This document shows positions 18,200 through 27,571 of a stretch of 64,000 nucleotides of DNA, one piece after another (the first letter of the stretch is position 1; each line of letters starts with the position of its first letter). The stretch comes from Actinomycetota bacterium (lineage in GTDB: Bacteria; Actinomycetota; Actinomycetes; Actinomycetales; Microbacteriaceae). A program made the translations under genes and the position numbers. The stretch is from the NCBI GenBank assembly GCA_020160915.1, contig JAIUPK010000001.1:153645-217644 (forward strand), written 5' to 3'. The notes below the pieces were generated by a model. It had not been told where the DNA came from and searched no databases. It saw only the letters and a list, made by a program, of their open reading frames with translations.

Positions 18200-19024
18200 A
18201 TGGTCGCCACCTTCGTCGTCGTTCCCCAGTGGCAGGGCTCGGGCTCGTCCCGGGCGATGCGGCTCGTTGATGGGGCCGAGGCGATCCGGGGGGATCTGCC
18301 CAGCAGTTCCACCAGGACCATAGAGATTCCCCTCGAGGCGGGCGACGGCCAGGGCACGGCGGTGCATCGGCTCAGCTCGATCGCACTCGTTCGCGACCGT
18401 CTCGCCGCCGACCTGGCCACCATCGACGGCCCGGTGATCACCATCGGCGGGGACTGCGGAGTCGAGCTCGCTGCCGTCGAGCGTGTCGTCGGCGATGACG
18501 TGGCAATCATCTGGCTGGATGCCCACCCCGACCTCAACACGCCGGAGTCGAGTCCCTCGGGCGCGTTCACCGGGATGGTGCTGCGAACCCTGCTCGGCGA
18601 GGGGCCGGCCCAGCTCGTGCCCGGCACGCCCCTGAAGCCCAGCCGCGTGATCCTCGCCGGTGCGCGGTCGTTCGACCCGGGCGAGGACGAGTACATCGCC
18701 GCGCACCGTGTGGTGACCATCGGAGCCGACGAGGTGAGCGGCCAGAGCCTGGTCGATGCGGTGGTGGCGTCGGGGGCGGCATCCGTCTATGTGCACATCG
18801 ACCTCGACGTGCTCGACCCTGAGGACATCCAGGGACTCGGCTATCCCGAGCCCTTCGGCGTGCGCTCGGCCGATCTGGTGAATGCGCTCAAGGCTCTGGT
18901 GGCGCGCTTCCCCCTCGCGGGTGCCGGCATCACGGAGTTCGCTCCCGCTTCGCCGCGAGACGCGGTCGAGGACATGCCGACGATCCTGCGCCTGGTCGGC
19001 GCGCTGGCCTCGGCCGCCGGCTAG
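18200..19024 (+). CDS. Arginase/ureohydrolase family protein
   Basis: GGDC, WLDAHPD and HIDLDVLDP metal-binding motifs. Confidence 0.85.
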   Translation: MVATFVVVPQWQGSGSSRAMRLVDGAEAIRGDLPSSSTRTIEIPLEAGDGQGTAVHRLSSIALVRDRLAADLATIDGPVITIGGDCGVELAAVERVVGDDVAIIWLDAHPDLNTPESSPSGAFTGMVLRTLLGEGPAQLVPGTPLKPSRVILAGARSFDPGEDEYIAAHRVVTIGADEVSGQSLVDAVVASGAASVYVHIDLDVLDPEDIQGLGYPEPFGVRSADLVNALKALVARFPLAGAGITEFAPASPRDAVEDMPTILRLVGALASAAG

Positions 19025-19030
19025 ACGCCG

Positions 19031-19351
19031 CTAGGGCTTCGGCGCATCCGCGACCTGCACGCCGATCGTGTAGTTCGACCCGTCGACCTCCTCGATCGTC
19101 ACCGGCGCATCGAACCGGTCGCCCGATGCCGGGTCGGTCAGGATGCACGGCACGACCGTGCCCTTGACGAGGTCGATGTCCTCGGTTCCGCAGTCGATGT
19201 CGGGCCGGGAACCCACCTGCTGTTCGAGCGCGTTCTCGGCGGTGGTTGCGAGGTCCTCGGGCGAGACGGTGTACGTCGCCGTCGCGGTACATCCACTGAG
19301 CAGGGCGGCGACTACCGCGGCCGCGGCGAGTGCGGGGGCGAGTCGGTTCAT
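19031..19351 (-). CDS. DUF4333-like small lipoprotein
   Basis: Lipobox LSGC; IDCG...VPCILT two-Cys pattern. Confidence 0.75.
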   Translation of the reverse strand: MNRLAPALAAAAVVAALLSGCTATATYTVSPEDLATTAENALEQQVGSRPDIDCGTEDIDLVKGTVVPCILTDPASGDRFDAPVTIEEVDGSNYTIGVQVADAPKP

Positions 19352-19447
19352 GAAAGGCCTCTCTCACGGATCTCACGGTCGAGTGCCCACCAGCTTAGAG
19401 GACTCGCTGCAGCCCATGGCAGGGGTGCTGCGACGTAGTCTGGGGAC

Positions 19448-20248
19448 ATGACTGATGCGGTCGAGACACCTTCCCGAATCACCCTCGAACGCGAAGGCGC
19501 GGTGCTGCTGATCGGGCTGAACCGCCCGGACAAGCGCAACGCTGCCGACTTCGCGATGCTCCAACAGCTGGCCATCGCCTACGCCGAACTGGAGAACGAT
19601 CCCGACCTGCGGGCGGGCTTCGTCTTCGCCCACGGCGACCACTTCACCGGAGGTCTCGACCTCGCCGACGTCGGGCCGCGCCTGGGTCCCGACGGTCTCG
19701 ACGTCGTTCCGAACGGTGGGCTCCATCCGTGGCAGGTCAACGGTCAGTTGCTCAGCAAACCCGTGGTGATGGCGGTGCAGGGCACCTGTCTCACGCTCGG
19801 GATCGAACTGATGCTGGCCAGCGACATCGTGGTCGCGGCCGACTCAGCGAGCTTCGCGCAGATCGAAGTGGCACGGGGCATCCTGCCGTTCGGTGGCGCG
19901 ACGATCCGCTTTCCGCGCGCCGTCGGCTGGGGCAACGCGATGCGCTGGATCCTCACCGGCGACACGTTCGACGCTGCAGAGGCGCTGCGCATCGGCCTCG
20001 TCCAGGAGGTCGTGCCGCACGGCGAGCAGTACGCGCGCGGACTCGAGCTGGCGCAGCGCATCGCGGCCCAGGCTCCCCTCGCCGTGCAGGCGGCACTCAT
20101 GAACGCCAAGATCGCCGTCCGCGACGGGGATGCCGCGGCCGAAGCAACGCTCCAGCCCGCCCTCGGCCTGCTCGCTGCCACAGAGGATGCCCGCATCGGC
20201 ATGGAAGCGTTCGTCACCCGCAAGCCCGCGACGTTCGTGGGGCGCTGA
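19448..20248 (+). CDS. Crotonase / enoyl-CoA hydratase family protein
   Basis: LNRPDKRNA, FTGGLDL, KPVVMAVQG, GIELMLASD, EVARGILPFGG. Confidence 0.92.
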   Translation: MTDAVETPSRITLEREGAVLLIGLNRPDKRNAADFAMLQQLAIAYAELENDPDLRAGFVFAHGDHFTGGLDLADVGPRLGPDGLDVVPNGGLHPWQVNGQLLSKPVVMAVQGTCLTLGIELMLASDIVVAADSASFAQIEVARGILPFGGATIRFPRAVGWGNAMRWILTGDTFDAAEALRIGLVQEVVPHGEQYARGLELAQRIAAQAPLAVQAALMNAKIAVRDGDAAAEATLQPALGLLAATEDARIGMEAFVTRKPATFVGR

Positions 20249-20249
20249 G

Positions 20250-21680
20250 ATGACGACCGAACCGCAGACCTACGACGTCGTCATCCTCGGGGCCGGCGCC
20301 GTCGCCGAGAACGTCGCCGACCGCGCAGTGCAGGGCGGTCTGACCGCGCTGCTCATCGAGAGTGAGCTCGTCGGCGGTGAGTGCTCCTACTGGGCGTGCA
20401 TGCCTTCGAAGGCGCTCATCCGCAGCGGCATGGCTCTGCGGGCGGCGCAGCGACTGCAAGGAGCCAAGCAAGCGGTCACCGGCGACCTCGACGTCGCAGC
20501 AGTGTTCGCCCGGCGCACCGTCTTCACCCACGACTGGGATGACGCTAGCCAGGTGACGTGGGTCGACGGGGCGGGCATCTCGCTCCTTCGTGGCCACGCG
20601 CGACTCACCGGCGAGAAGCGGGTGTCGGTGACCGCGGCTGACGGCAGCGTCACCGACGTGATTGCGACCCACGCCGTCGTGATCAGTACCGGATCTGATC
20701 CGCTGCTTCCCGACATTCCGGGACTGGTCGAGGCGAACCCGTGGACCCCGCGGGACGCGACGAGCGCCACGAGCGCGCCGGCCAGCCTTGCCATCATCGG
20801 CGGCGGGGTCGTCGCCGTCGAGATGGCGACCGCCTACGCGAGCTTCGGCACAGCGGTCACGATCTTCGCGCGCAGCGGCCTGCTCCAGGGCCAGGAGGAC
20901 TTCGCCGCCGAGCTCGTGACCGCCGGGCTCGCCGGTCTCGGTGTCGACATCCGCCGGGCCTCCCCCACCCTCGTCGAGCGCACCGAGTCGGGTGTGACAG
21001 TTCACGCCGGGGATGATTCCGTGACCGCCAGCGAGGTGCTCGTCGCTACCGGTCGCACGCCCCGCACGACCGAAATCGGGCTGGAGACGATCGGCCTTGA
21101 GCCCGGCGAGTGGATCACCGTCGACGAGACCCTGCGCGTGCCCGGCTACGACTGGCTGTATGCGACTGGCGATGTGAACCATCGCGCGCTGCTGACCCAC
21201 CAGGGCAAGTACCAGGCTCGCGCCGCGGGCGACGTCATCGCCGCCCGCGCGAAGGGCGGGCCCGTGGATGACGCCCCCTGGGGCACCCACGTCGCGACCG
21301 CCGACCACGGCGCGGTGCCGCAGGTGACCTTCAGTGACCCGGAGGTGGCGTCGGTCGGCATCATCTCGCAGGCGGCCAGGGCGGCGGGCCGGAACATCCG
21401 TGTCGTGGACTACAACCTCGGCTGGGTGGCCGGCGCGAGTCTGCAGGCCGACGATTACGAGGGTCAGGCGCGGATGGTCGTCGATGAGGATCGCGGGGTC
21501 ATCATCGGGGTGACCTTCGTGGGCCAGGACGTGAGCGAGCTCATCCACGCGGCGACGATCGCGGTCGCGGGCGAGGTACCGCTCGCCCGACTGTGGCATG
21601 CGGTACCGGCCTACCCCACGATGAACGAGATCTGGCTGCGCCTCCTGGAGACCTACGGACGGCCGGTGCACACGACCTGA
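20250..21680 (+). CDS. Class I pyridine nucleotide-disulfide oxidoreductase (Lpd-like)
   Basis: VILGAG, GGECSYWACMPSKAL redox disulfide, IIGGG, ATGR-P, ATGD. Confidence 0.9.
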   Translation: MTTEPQTYDVVILGAGAVAENVADRAVQGGLTALLIESELVGGECSYWACMPSKALIRSGMALRAAQRLQGAKQAVTGDLDVAAVFARRTVFTHDWDDASQVTWVDGAGISLLRGHARLTGEKRVSVTAADGSVTDVIATHAVVISTGSDPLLPDIPGLVEANPWTPRDATSATSAPASLAIIGGGVVAVEMATAYASFGTAVTIFARSGLLQGQEDFAAELVTAGLAGLGVDIRRASPTLVERTESGVTVHAGDDSVTASEVLVATGRTPRTTEIGLETIGLEPGEWITVDETLRVPGYDWLYATGDVNHRALLTHQGKYQARAAGDVIAARAKGGPVDDAPWGTHVATADHGAVPQVTFSDPEVASVGIISQAARAAGRNIRVVDYNLGWVAGASLQADDYEGQARMVVDEDRGVIIGVTFVGQDVSELIHAATIAVAGEVPLARLWHAVPAYPTMNEIWLRLLETYGRPVHTT

Positions 21681-21689
21681 GCCGCCGCC

Positions 21690-22907
21690 TCAGCGGGCGA
21701 CGCCGGCGTACACCCCGAGCAGACCGGTCGCGGCAGCACCCCAGGTGAACCGCTGCGCGAACGCGCGGGCGGAGGTGCCGAGCTCGAGTCGGCGCTCGTC
21801 GTTCTCCAGAAGGTTGGCGATCTCGGTGGCCCAGTACCGGGGATCGCGCGTACCGAGAAGCAACCCGGATACCCCCTCCGAGATCGACTCGCGCAGACCC
21901 CCGCTGCGGTAGCCGATGACCGGCGTGCCAGCGGCGGCAGATTCGAGGGCCACGAGACCGAAGGTCTCGCTGAACGAGGGCACGATCGTGAGGTCGACGA
22001 CGGACAGGAGGTCGGCGAGGTCCTCCCTCGGCAGCGACCCCACGAAGCGGATGTCATCAGCCACCCCCAGCTGGCCCGCCAGCGCGCCCAGCTGCTCGAC
22101 GAATCCCTCGTGCCCGGGGGTGGCGTCCCCCACGATCACCAACTGGGGCGCCCACCCCCGCAACGCCCTGATCTCGGCCAGGGCGCGGACCGCGAGTTCG
22201 TGGCCCTTGAGGGGTTGGACCCTGCCGACCAGTGCGACGAGCGACCGCGCCGGGTCGAGCCGCAACCGTCGTCGCACGAGCACCGACAAGGACTCCGGTC
22301 TCGGGACGAAGAGCTCGAGGTCGACGCCGGGCGGGATGATCCAGGTGCGGTCGGCGGGGGCACCCACGTCGTCGATCAGGGCGGTGGCTTCCGCCGAGGA
22401 CGCCGCGACGAGCGCATCGGCCTGAGTCGCGATGAACGTCTCGCTGCGCGATCGAATCACGGGTTCGTCGGACCCGCCCAGATCGGCATCCTTCATGACG
22501 GCGAGCGTGTGGAAGCTCTGCACGAGCGGTATGCCCAGCTCGAGGGCGACGGGGAGCGCGGCGATTCCGCTGAGCTAGTAGTGGCTGTGGATGACGTCGT
22601 ACCGGGTGCTCCTGGCGAGGTGGGCGACGGCCTCGCCGAAGTCGTCGGTGACGCTCGCGAGATCCTGCTTGACGAGGGTGCCGGAGCCTGCGGGCAGTTC
22701 GTGCAGGGTGACCCCCGGAAGCAGAACCCGGGACGACGGTGCCCCGACCGCGCGCGTCAGGAGGTCGACTTCCGTGCCGCGGATGGCGAGTTCGGCGGCA
22801 AGGGCGAGAATCGCCACATTCATGCCGCCCGAGTCCCCGACACCGGGCGCCGCCGACGGCGAGGTGTGCATCGAGACCATCGCGACGCGCTGGATCACAC
22901 CGGCCAT
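21690..22907 (-). pseudogene. mshA: D-inositol-3-phosphate glycosyltransferase (MshA-like) interrupted by an in-frame TAG at 22575-22577
   Basis: SMHTSP...GDSGGMNV, HSHY*LSG, QSFHTL, VGRVQPLKG, PSFSETFGLVALE. Both ORF halves are in the same frame. May be a sequencing error. Confidence 0.8.
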
Positions 22908-22930
22908 GGTGCCACTGTATTCTGCGGAGT

Positions 22931-23371
22931 ATGTCGCAGGAACCGCCCCCGCCGGTCGACCGGGGGCGCCGCGCCCGCATCGGGATCGTCCCGCGCCTCA
23001 GCCGGGTGCGATGGCTGCGGTGGCTCCTGCTGACCCCGGTGGTCGCCAGGCCCGGGTACTGGTTCGCGACGGCCTGCGCACTATTCTGGGGCGCACTGCT
23101 CGGGCGCTTCCACCTCAGCCGTCAGGGCGGGCTGATCGTCGCAGCGAACCTGCCGAACTGGGGTTTCGGCCGGGGTGGCACCACCGTGGGCGCCGTCTAC
23201 CTCACCAACACGAACATCACGCCAGGCATCCTGGAGCATGAGGCTGTGCATCGAGCCCAGTGGAAGCGGTACGGGCTCGCCTTCATCCCGCTCTACGTCT
23301 CGGCGGGCCAGAACGCACTGCACAACCGGTTCGAGATCGAAGCGGGGCTGAAGAGGGGCGGGTACGTGTGA
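22931..23371 (+). CDS. Hypothetical protein with an HExxH motif
   Basis: FGRGGTTVGAVYL...LEHEAVHRAQW...NRFEIEAGL; GTGA-coupled to the next gene. Confidence 0.75.
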   Translation: MSQEPPPPVDRGRRARIGIVPRLSRVRWLRWLLLTPVVARPGYWFATACALFWGALLGRFHLSRQGGLIVAANLPNWGFGRGGTTVGAVYLTNTNITPGILEHEAVHRAQWKRYGLAFIPLYVSAGQNALHNRFEIEAGLKRGGYV

Positions 23372-24192
23372 GCAAGGTGGCGGTCATCACCGGCGCGAGC
23401 TCGGGCATCGGCGCGAATGCCGCGGCCCGCCTCGCCGCCGCGGGCTGGGAGGTCGCGGTCGTGGGCCGCAATCCCGAGCGCACGCGGTCCGTTGCGGAGA
23501 GCGTGGGCGGTACGGCGTTCCTCGCGGACTACGACAGGCTCGACGATGTGCGCGCACTCGCGGCATCCCTCGCGTCACGGTACGAGCGCATCGATCTGCT
23601 CGCCAACAACGCCGGCGGTCTCCTGCCGAGCCGAGGCCTGTCGGCAGACGGCTACGAGCGCACCATCCAGCACAACCATCTGGCGCCGTACATGCTGACG
23701 AGACTGCTGCTGCCGGTGCTCGAGGCCTCCGATGCCCGGGTGGTCGGCACGGCGAGCGTCGCGAACACCTTCTCGCCGATCCGCCTCACCGACCTGCAGT
23801 GGCAGGGTCGACCGTATCTGGGCGGATGGCGACCCTACGGCGTCAGCAAGATCGCCGTGATCCTGTTCACTCAGGAGCTGGCCCGCCGATCGAGCGTCGA
23901 CGCCTACGCCTTCCACCCCGGCTACGTCGCGACGAACTTCGGAACCGAGTCGGCGTTCATGCGCTTCGGCAACCGGGTATCGGGCGGGCGCCTGGCGATC
24001 AGCACCGAGCAGGGCGCAACGCCGCTCGTGCATCTCGCCATCGCCGAGTCGGTGGGCGTGCCCAGCGGAACGTACTTCGACGGGCTGAAGCCGAACGGCC
24101 GCACGCATCGCACCGCTCGGGATGCCGCGGCCGCCGCCGAGCTCTGGGATCGTTCGGCGGCTCTTGTCGCCCTGCCCGACCCAGTGCGCTAG
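23368..24192 (+). CDS. SDR family oxidoreductase (retinol-dehydrogenase-like)
   Basis: VITGASSGIG, LANNAG, YGVSK (YxxxK), FHPGYVAT. Confidence 0.92.
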   Translation: MSKVAVITGASSGIGANAAARLAAAGWEVAVVGRNPERTRSVAESVGGTAFLADYDRLDDVRALAASLASRYERIDLLANNAGGLLPSRGLSADGYERTIQHNHLAPYMLTRLLLPVLEASDARVVGTASVANTFSPIRLTDLQWQGRPYLGGWRPYGVSKIAVILFTQELARRSSVDAYAFHPGYVATNFGTESAFMRFGNRVSGGRLAISTEQGATPLVHLAIAESVGVPSGTYFDGLKPNGRTHRTARDAAAAAELWDRSAALVALPDPVR

Positions 24193-24219
24193 GCCGACCC
24201 CTGCCGCTAGGGTAGGCGC

Positions 24220-24831
24220 ATGAGAGACTTTCATGCTCGACGGACAGCACTGACCCTCATCGGCGCGGGCATCGCGGTCGCGCTGCTCGCGGCCTGCACT
24301 CCCACCGGCGGCACCGACACCGCCGACGCGACTGGTTCGCCCAGCCCGAGCGTGAGCGCATCCGCGAAACCCAAGCCGACGCCCACCGCGAGCCCGACAC
24401 CCACGGCAGCGGCACCCTTCGTGATCGACTGCACCTCGATCATCCCCGCCTCGCGCCAGGACTGGCTCGCCACGAGCGGCTGGCCGCTCTTCGCACCCGC
24501 CGACTTCTTCGCCAAGGTGCGCTCCGAGGTCTCGTCGAGCCCGTACATCCTCATGCAGGACAACGGCGGAATCGTCTGCCCCTACGCGACGAGCAGTGAG
24601 GTCGTGGTCGCCTACGGCTATGCCCCGCTGGCCGACTCGCAGGTGGCCGAGGCCGACTCGCTGATCATCGGGACGAACGACGGCTATGTCACCTCGTCCT
24701 ACGCCGGTGGCACCCTCTACGACTCCGCGACCGAGGGCAATGCGTTCGAGTTCTTCCTCATCGTGCCGGGCGCCATGTACGTCGCGACCACGACGGAGAT
24801 CCTCGACGAGATGCTCGCGACGGTGCCGTAG
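24220..24831 (+). CDS. Hypothetical lipoprotein
   Basis: Lipobox LAAC, T/P/S linker, IDCTSII...GIVCPY. Confidence 0.8.
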   Translation: MRDFHARRTALTLIGAGIAVALLAACTPTGGTDTADATGSPSPSVSASAKPKPTPTASPTPTAAAPFVIDCTSIIPASRQDWLATSGWPLFAPADFFAKVRSEVSSSPYILMQDNGGIVCPYATSSEVVVAYGYAPLADSQVAEADSLIIGTNDGYVTSSYAGGTLYDSATEGNAFEFFLIVPGAMYVATTTEILDEMLATVP

Positions 24832-24835
24832 CCGA

Positions 24836-26245
24836 TCACCACACGGACGGATGCCGGCGCTGCCACCGGAACCGTCGCTCCAGCTGCGCCCCCAGCGCGA
24901 GCAGCACGTGCTCGCCGCCCGGCCGCCCGACCAGCTGCACGCCGACGGGCAACCCGTCGGGGCTCTGGCCGACCGGAAGCGTGATCGCGGGCAGCCCGCT
25001 CACGTTGACGAAGCTCGTCCACGGTGTGAACTGCACCTGCTGCGCGAAGTTGCGCTCCCCGTCCTCCTGGTCGAACCAGCCGATCGGCGGTGGCGTGTGT
25101 GCGAGCGCCGGGGTCAGCACGGCATCGAAGCCGGCGAACTGACGGATGACGCCGCGCTCGAACCCCGCAAGGTACTCGAGCGCCTCCGTGAGCCGCCGGG
25201 CGTCGAGCGCGCGACCGCGCTCGACAAGCCACCGCGTGAGCGGCTCAAGCCGCTCGAGCTCCTGCCCCTCCACCGGGATCGCCGAGGCCCCCGCCTGCCA
25301 CAGGGTGCGGAAGGCGTCGGGGTAGTCCGGCGACGGTGGCAGCGAGACGGTGTCGATGCCGTGACCGAGGGCATCCAGCTCGGCGACCGCGAGGTCGAGG
25401 GTGGCGCGCGCCTCGGGTGAGACGGTGATCTCGTGCGAGTCGTCCCACGGCGATGAGGTCATCACCCCGAGTTGGTAACGACCCTCGCCCCGGATCGCGG
25501 CGTTGAGGTAGGCGCCACCGTCCCAGGTCGGCGGCTGGGTCGCCCACTCGGAGTCGCCGATGAGGGCGTCGAGCAGCAGCGCCGCATCCGAGACGGTGCG
25601 GGCGAGCGGCCCGTAGGCCACGAGGCCGCCGAGGGTCGTGAAGCCCGAGCCGGAGGCAACACGGCCGCGGGAGGGCTTGAGGCCGACCAGACCCGTCGCC
25701 GCGGCGGGGATGCGGATCGAGCCGCCGCCGTCTGAGCCCGGGGCGAGAGGAAGCAGCCCGGCCGCGACGGCAGCCGCCGCTCCCCCGCTGCTGCCGCCGA
25801 CGCCGAGCTCGGGGTTCCACGGGTTGCGCGTTGCGCCCAGCAGCGCGGACTCGGTGTAGGCGGGCATCCCGAACTCGGGGGTCGCGGTCTTGCCGAGGCT
25901 GACCGCGCCGGCCCCATCGAGGGTCTGGACGATCTCGTCGGACTCGTCGGGCACGAAGTCGTGGAAGTGGCGCGAGCCGAACGTCGTGCGCACCCCGGCG
26001 CGCGCCCACAGGTCCTTGTCGGCCGAGGGTAGTCCCCAGAGTCCGGCGGCTCGCGGCACGAGCGACTCGAGTGTGGCGGCGCGGGCGCGCGCGGCATCCG
26101 CCGTGACTGTCGCGAACGCACCGATGCCGGGGTCGAGCCGTGCGATGCGCTCGAGGTAGTGCTCGGCGAGTTCGAGCGGCGAGACCTGGCCCCGGCGCAG
26201 CCAGTCGAGCTGCTCGAGGGCGGTGAGGTGGTGCAGCTCGAACAT
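24836..26245 (-). CDS. Amidase signature family enzyme
   Basis: SADKD, LGKTATPE, GGSSGG, GSDGGGSIRIPA. Confidence 0.93.
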   Translation of the reverse strand: MFELHHLTALEQLDWLRRGQVSPLELAEHYLERIARLDPGIGAFATVTADAARARAATLESLVPRAAGLWGLPSADKDLWARAGVRTTFGSRHFHDFVPDESDEIVQTLDGAGAVSLGKTATPEFGMPAYTESALLGATRNPWNPELGVGGSSGGAAAAVAAGLLPLAPGSDGGGSIRIPAAATGLVGLKPSRGRVASGSGFTTLGGLVAYGPLARTVSDAALLLDALIGDSEWATQPPTWDGGAYLNAAIRGEGRYQLGVMTSSPWDDSHEITVSPEARATLDLAVAELDALGHGIDTVSLPPSPDYPDAFRTLWQAGASAIPVEGQELERLEPLTRWLVERGRALDARRLTEALEYLAGFERGVIRQFAGFDAVLTPALAHTPPPIGWFDQEDGERNFAQQVQFTPWTSFVNVSGLPAITLPVGQSPDGLPVGVQLVGRPGGEHVLLALGAQLERRFRWQRRHPSVW

Positions 26246-26286
26246 TCTTCGAGCCTAGAGCTTGACAAGATGAGCTTGGCCTGATT

Positions 26287-26310
26287 GGTTAGTTACCTGA
26301 CCAACTAACC
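26287..26310. promoter_or_regulatory. Inverted repeat, candidate GntR (YtrA) operator
   Basis: GGTTAGTT-N8-AACTAACC, perfect 8-bp arms. Confidence 0.7.
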
Positions 26311-26330
26311 CATACACCGAGAGGAGGTCC

Positions 26331-26684
26331 ATGGACGAGTCACGACCGATCTTCCTGCAGGTCGCAGAGCAGATCGAGAACGACATCATCATGGGTGCCC
26401 TCGCCGAGGAGGACCAGGTGCCCTCGACCAACGAGTTCGCCGCCTTCCACCGCATCAACCCGGCGACGGCGCTCAAGGGCGTCACCCTGCTGGTCGACGC
26501 GGGGATCCTCTACAAGAAGCGCGGTATCGGCATGTTCGTGGCCACGGGAGCGCGACAGCGCATCCTCGACCAGCGCCGCGCGGTGTTCGAAGCCGAGTTC
26601 GTGCGTCCCCTCATCACCGAGGCAGCCAAGCTCGGCATCACCTCCGCACAACTCATCGGCATGATCAAGAAGGAAGAGAAATGA
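26331..26684 (+). CDS. GntR family regulator, YtrA subfamily
   Basis: PIFLQVAEQIE...INPATALKG...KKRGIGMFV; short; precedes an ABC ATPase. Confidence 0.92.
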   Translation: MDESRPIFLQVAEQIENDIIMGALAEEDQVPSTNEFAAFHRINPATALKGVTLLVDAGILYKKRGIGMFVATGARQRILDQRRAVFEAEFVRPLITEAAKLGITSAQLIGMIKKEEK

Positions 26685-27571
26685 CAGCAGTGATCGAGGT
26701 CGACGGCCTCACCAGACGCTACGGCCGCCTCGCCGCGGTGGATGACGCGACCTTCACCCTCGAGGGCAACCGCATCCACGGCCTGCTCGGGCGCAACGGA
26801 GCAGGCAAGACCACGCTCATGCAACTGCTCACCGGGCAGGAGTTCGCCAGTTCGGGCACCATCCGAGTGTTCGGTCAGAGCCCGGTGGAGAACGCGGGCG
26901 TACTGCAGCACGTCTCCTTCATCAAGGAGAGCCAGCGCTACCCGGAGGACTTCCGGCCGAAGCACGTGCTGCGCAGCGCCCCCTGGTTCTTCGAGAACTG
27001 GGACGCCGAGTTCGCAGAGCAACTCGTCGACGACTTCCGGCTCCCCCTCAACACGCGCATCAAGAAGCTCTCGCGCGGCCAGCTCTCGGCCATCGGCGTC
27101 ATCGTGGGCCTCGCCTCCCGAGCTCCGCTGACCTTCTTCGACGAGCCCTACCTGGGGCTGGATGCGGTGGCTCGCCAGACCTTCTACGACCGGCTTCTCG
27201 AGGACTACGCCGAGCACCCGCGCACGGTGGTGCTCTCCACCCACCTGATCGACGAGGTCGCGAACCTGCTCGAGCACGTGCTCGTGATCGATCAGGGCCG
27301 CATCATCATCGACGAGGATGCCGACACCCTGCGCGGATCGGCGACCACGGTCGTCGGCACCCGCTCCGCGGTCGACGCCTTCGTGGAGGGTCGCGAGATC
27401 CTGCACCGCGATGGCCTCGGCGGGTTGGCGACAGTCACCGTGGCCGGCCTCGACGCGAAGGGGCGCGCCGCGGCATCCGCTGCCGGCCTGGAACTCGGCC
27501 CCGTCTCACTCCAGCAACTCATCATCCGACTGACCAACGTCTCCGAGAAGGAATTCGAGCACAGCGCATGA
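26681..27571 (+). CDS. ABC transporter ATP-binding protein (YtrB-like)
   Basis: GRNGAGKTT, LSRGQ, FFDEP, LSTH. Confidence 0.93.
   Translation: MTAVIEVDGLTRRYGRLAAVDDATFTLEGNRIHGLLGRNGAGKTTLMQLLTGQEFASSGTIRVFGQSPVENAGVLQHVSFIKESQRYPEDFRPKHVLRSAPWFFENWDAEFAEQLVDDFRLPLNTRIKKLSRGQLSAIGVIVGLASRAPLTFFDEPYLGLDAVARQTFYDRLLEDYAEHPRTVVLSTHLIDEVANLLEHVLVIDQGRIIIDEDADTLRGSATTVVGTRSAVDAFVEGREILHRDGLGGLATVTVAGLDAKGRAAASAAGLELGPVSLQQLIIRLTNVSEKEFEHSA

Noticed and set aside
16781-18796. Long antisense or alternative-frame ORFs (also 2-1129, 3356-5062, 29762-31660, 44359-46491 and others)
   Set aside because: Shadow ORFs expected from stop-codon scarcity in high-GC DNA; they overlap genes with clear family motifs.
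22575-22577. Amber recoding (pyrrolysine or alternative genetic code) in mshA
   Set aside because: TAG is a normal stop in many genes here (e.g. 5758-5760), the residue should be Trp, and no pyl genes or suppressor tRNA are visible.
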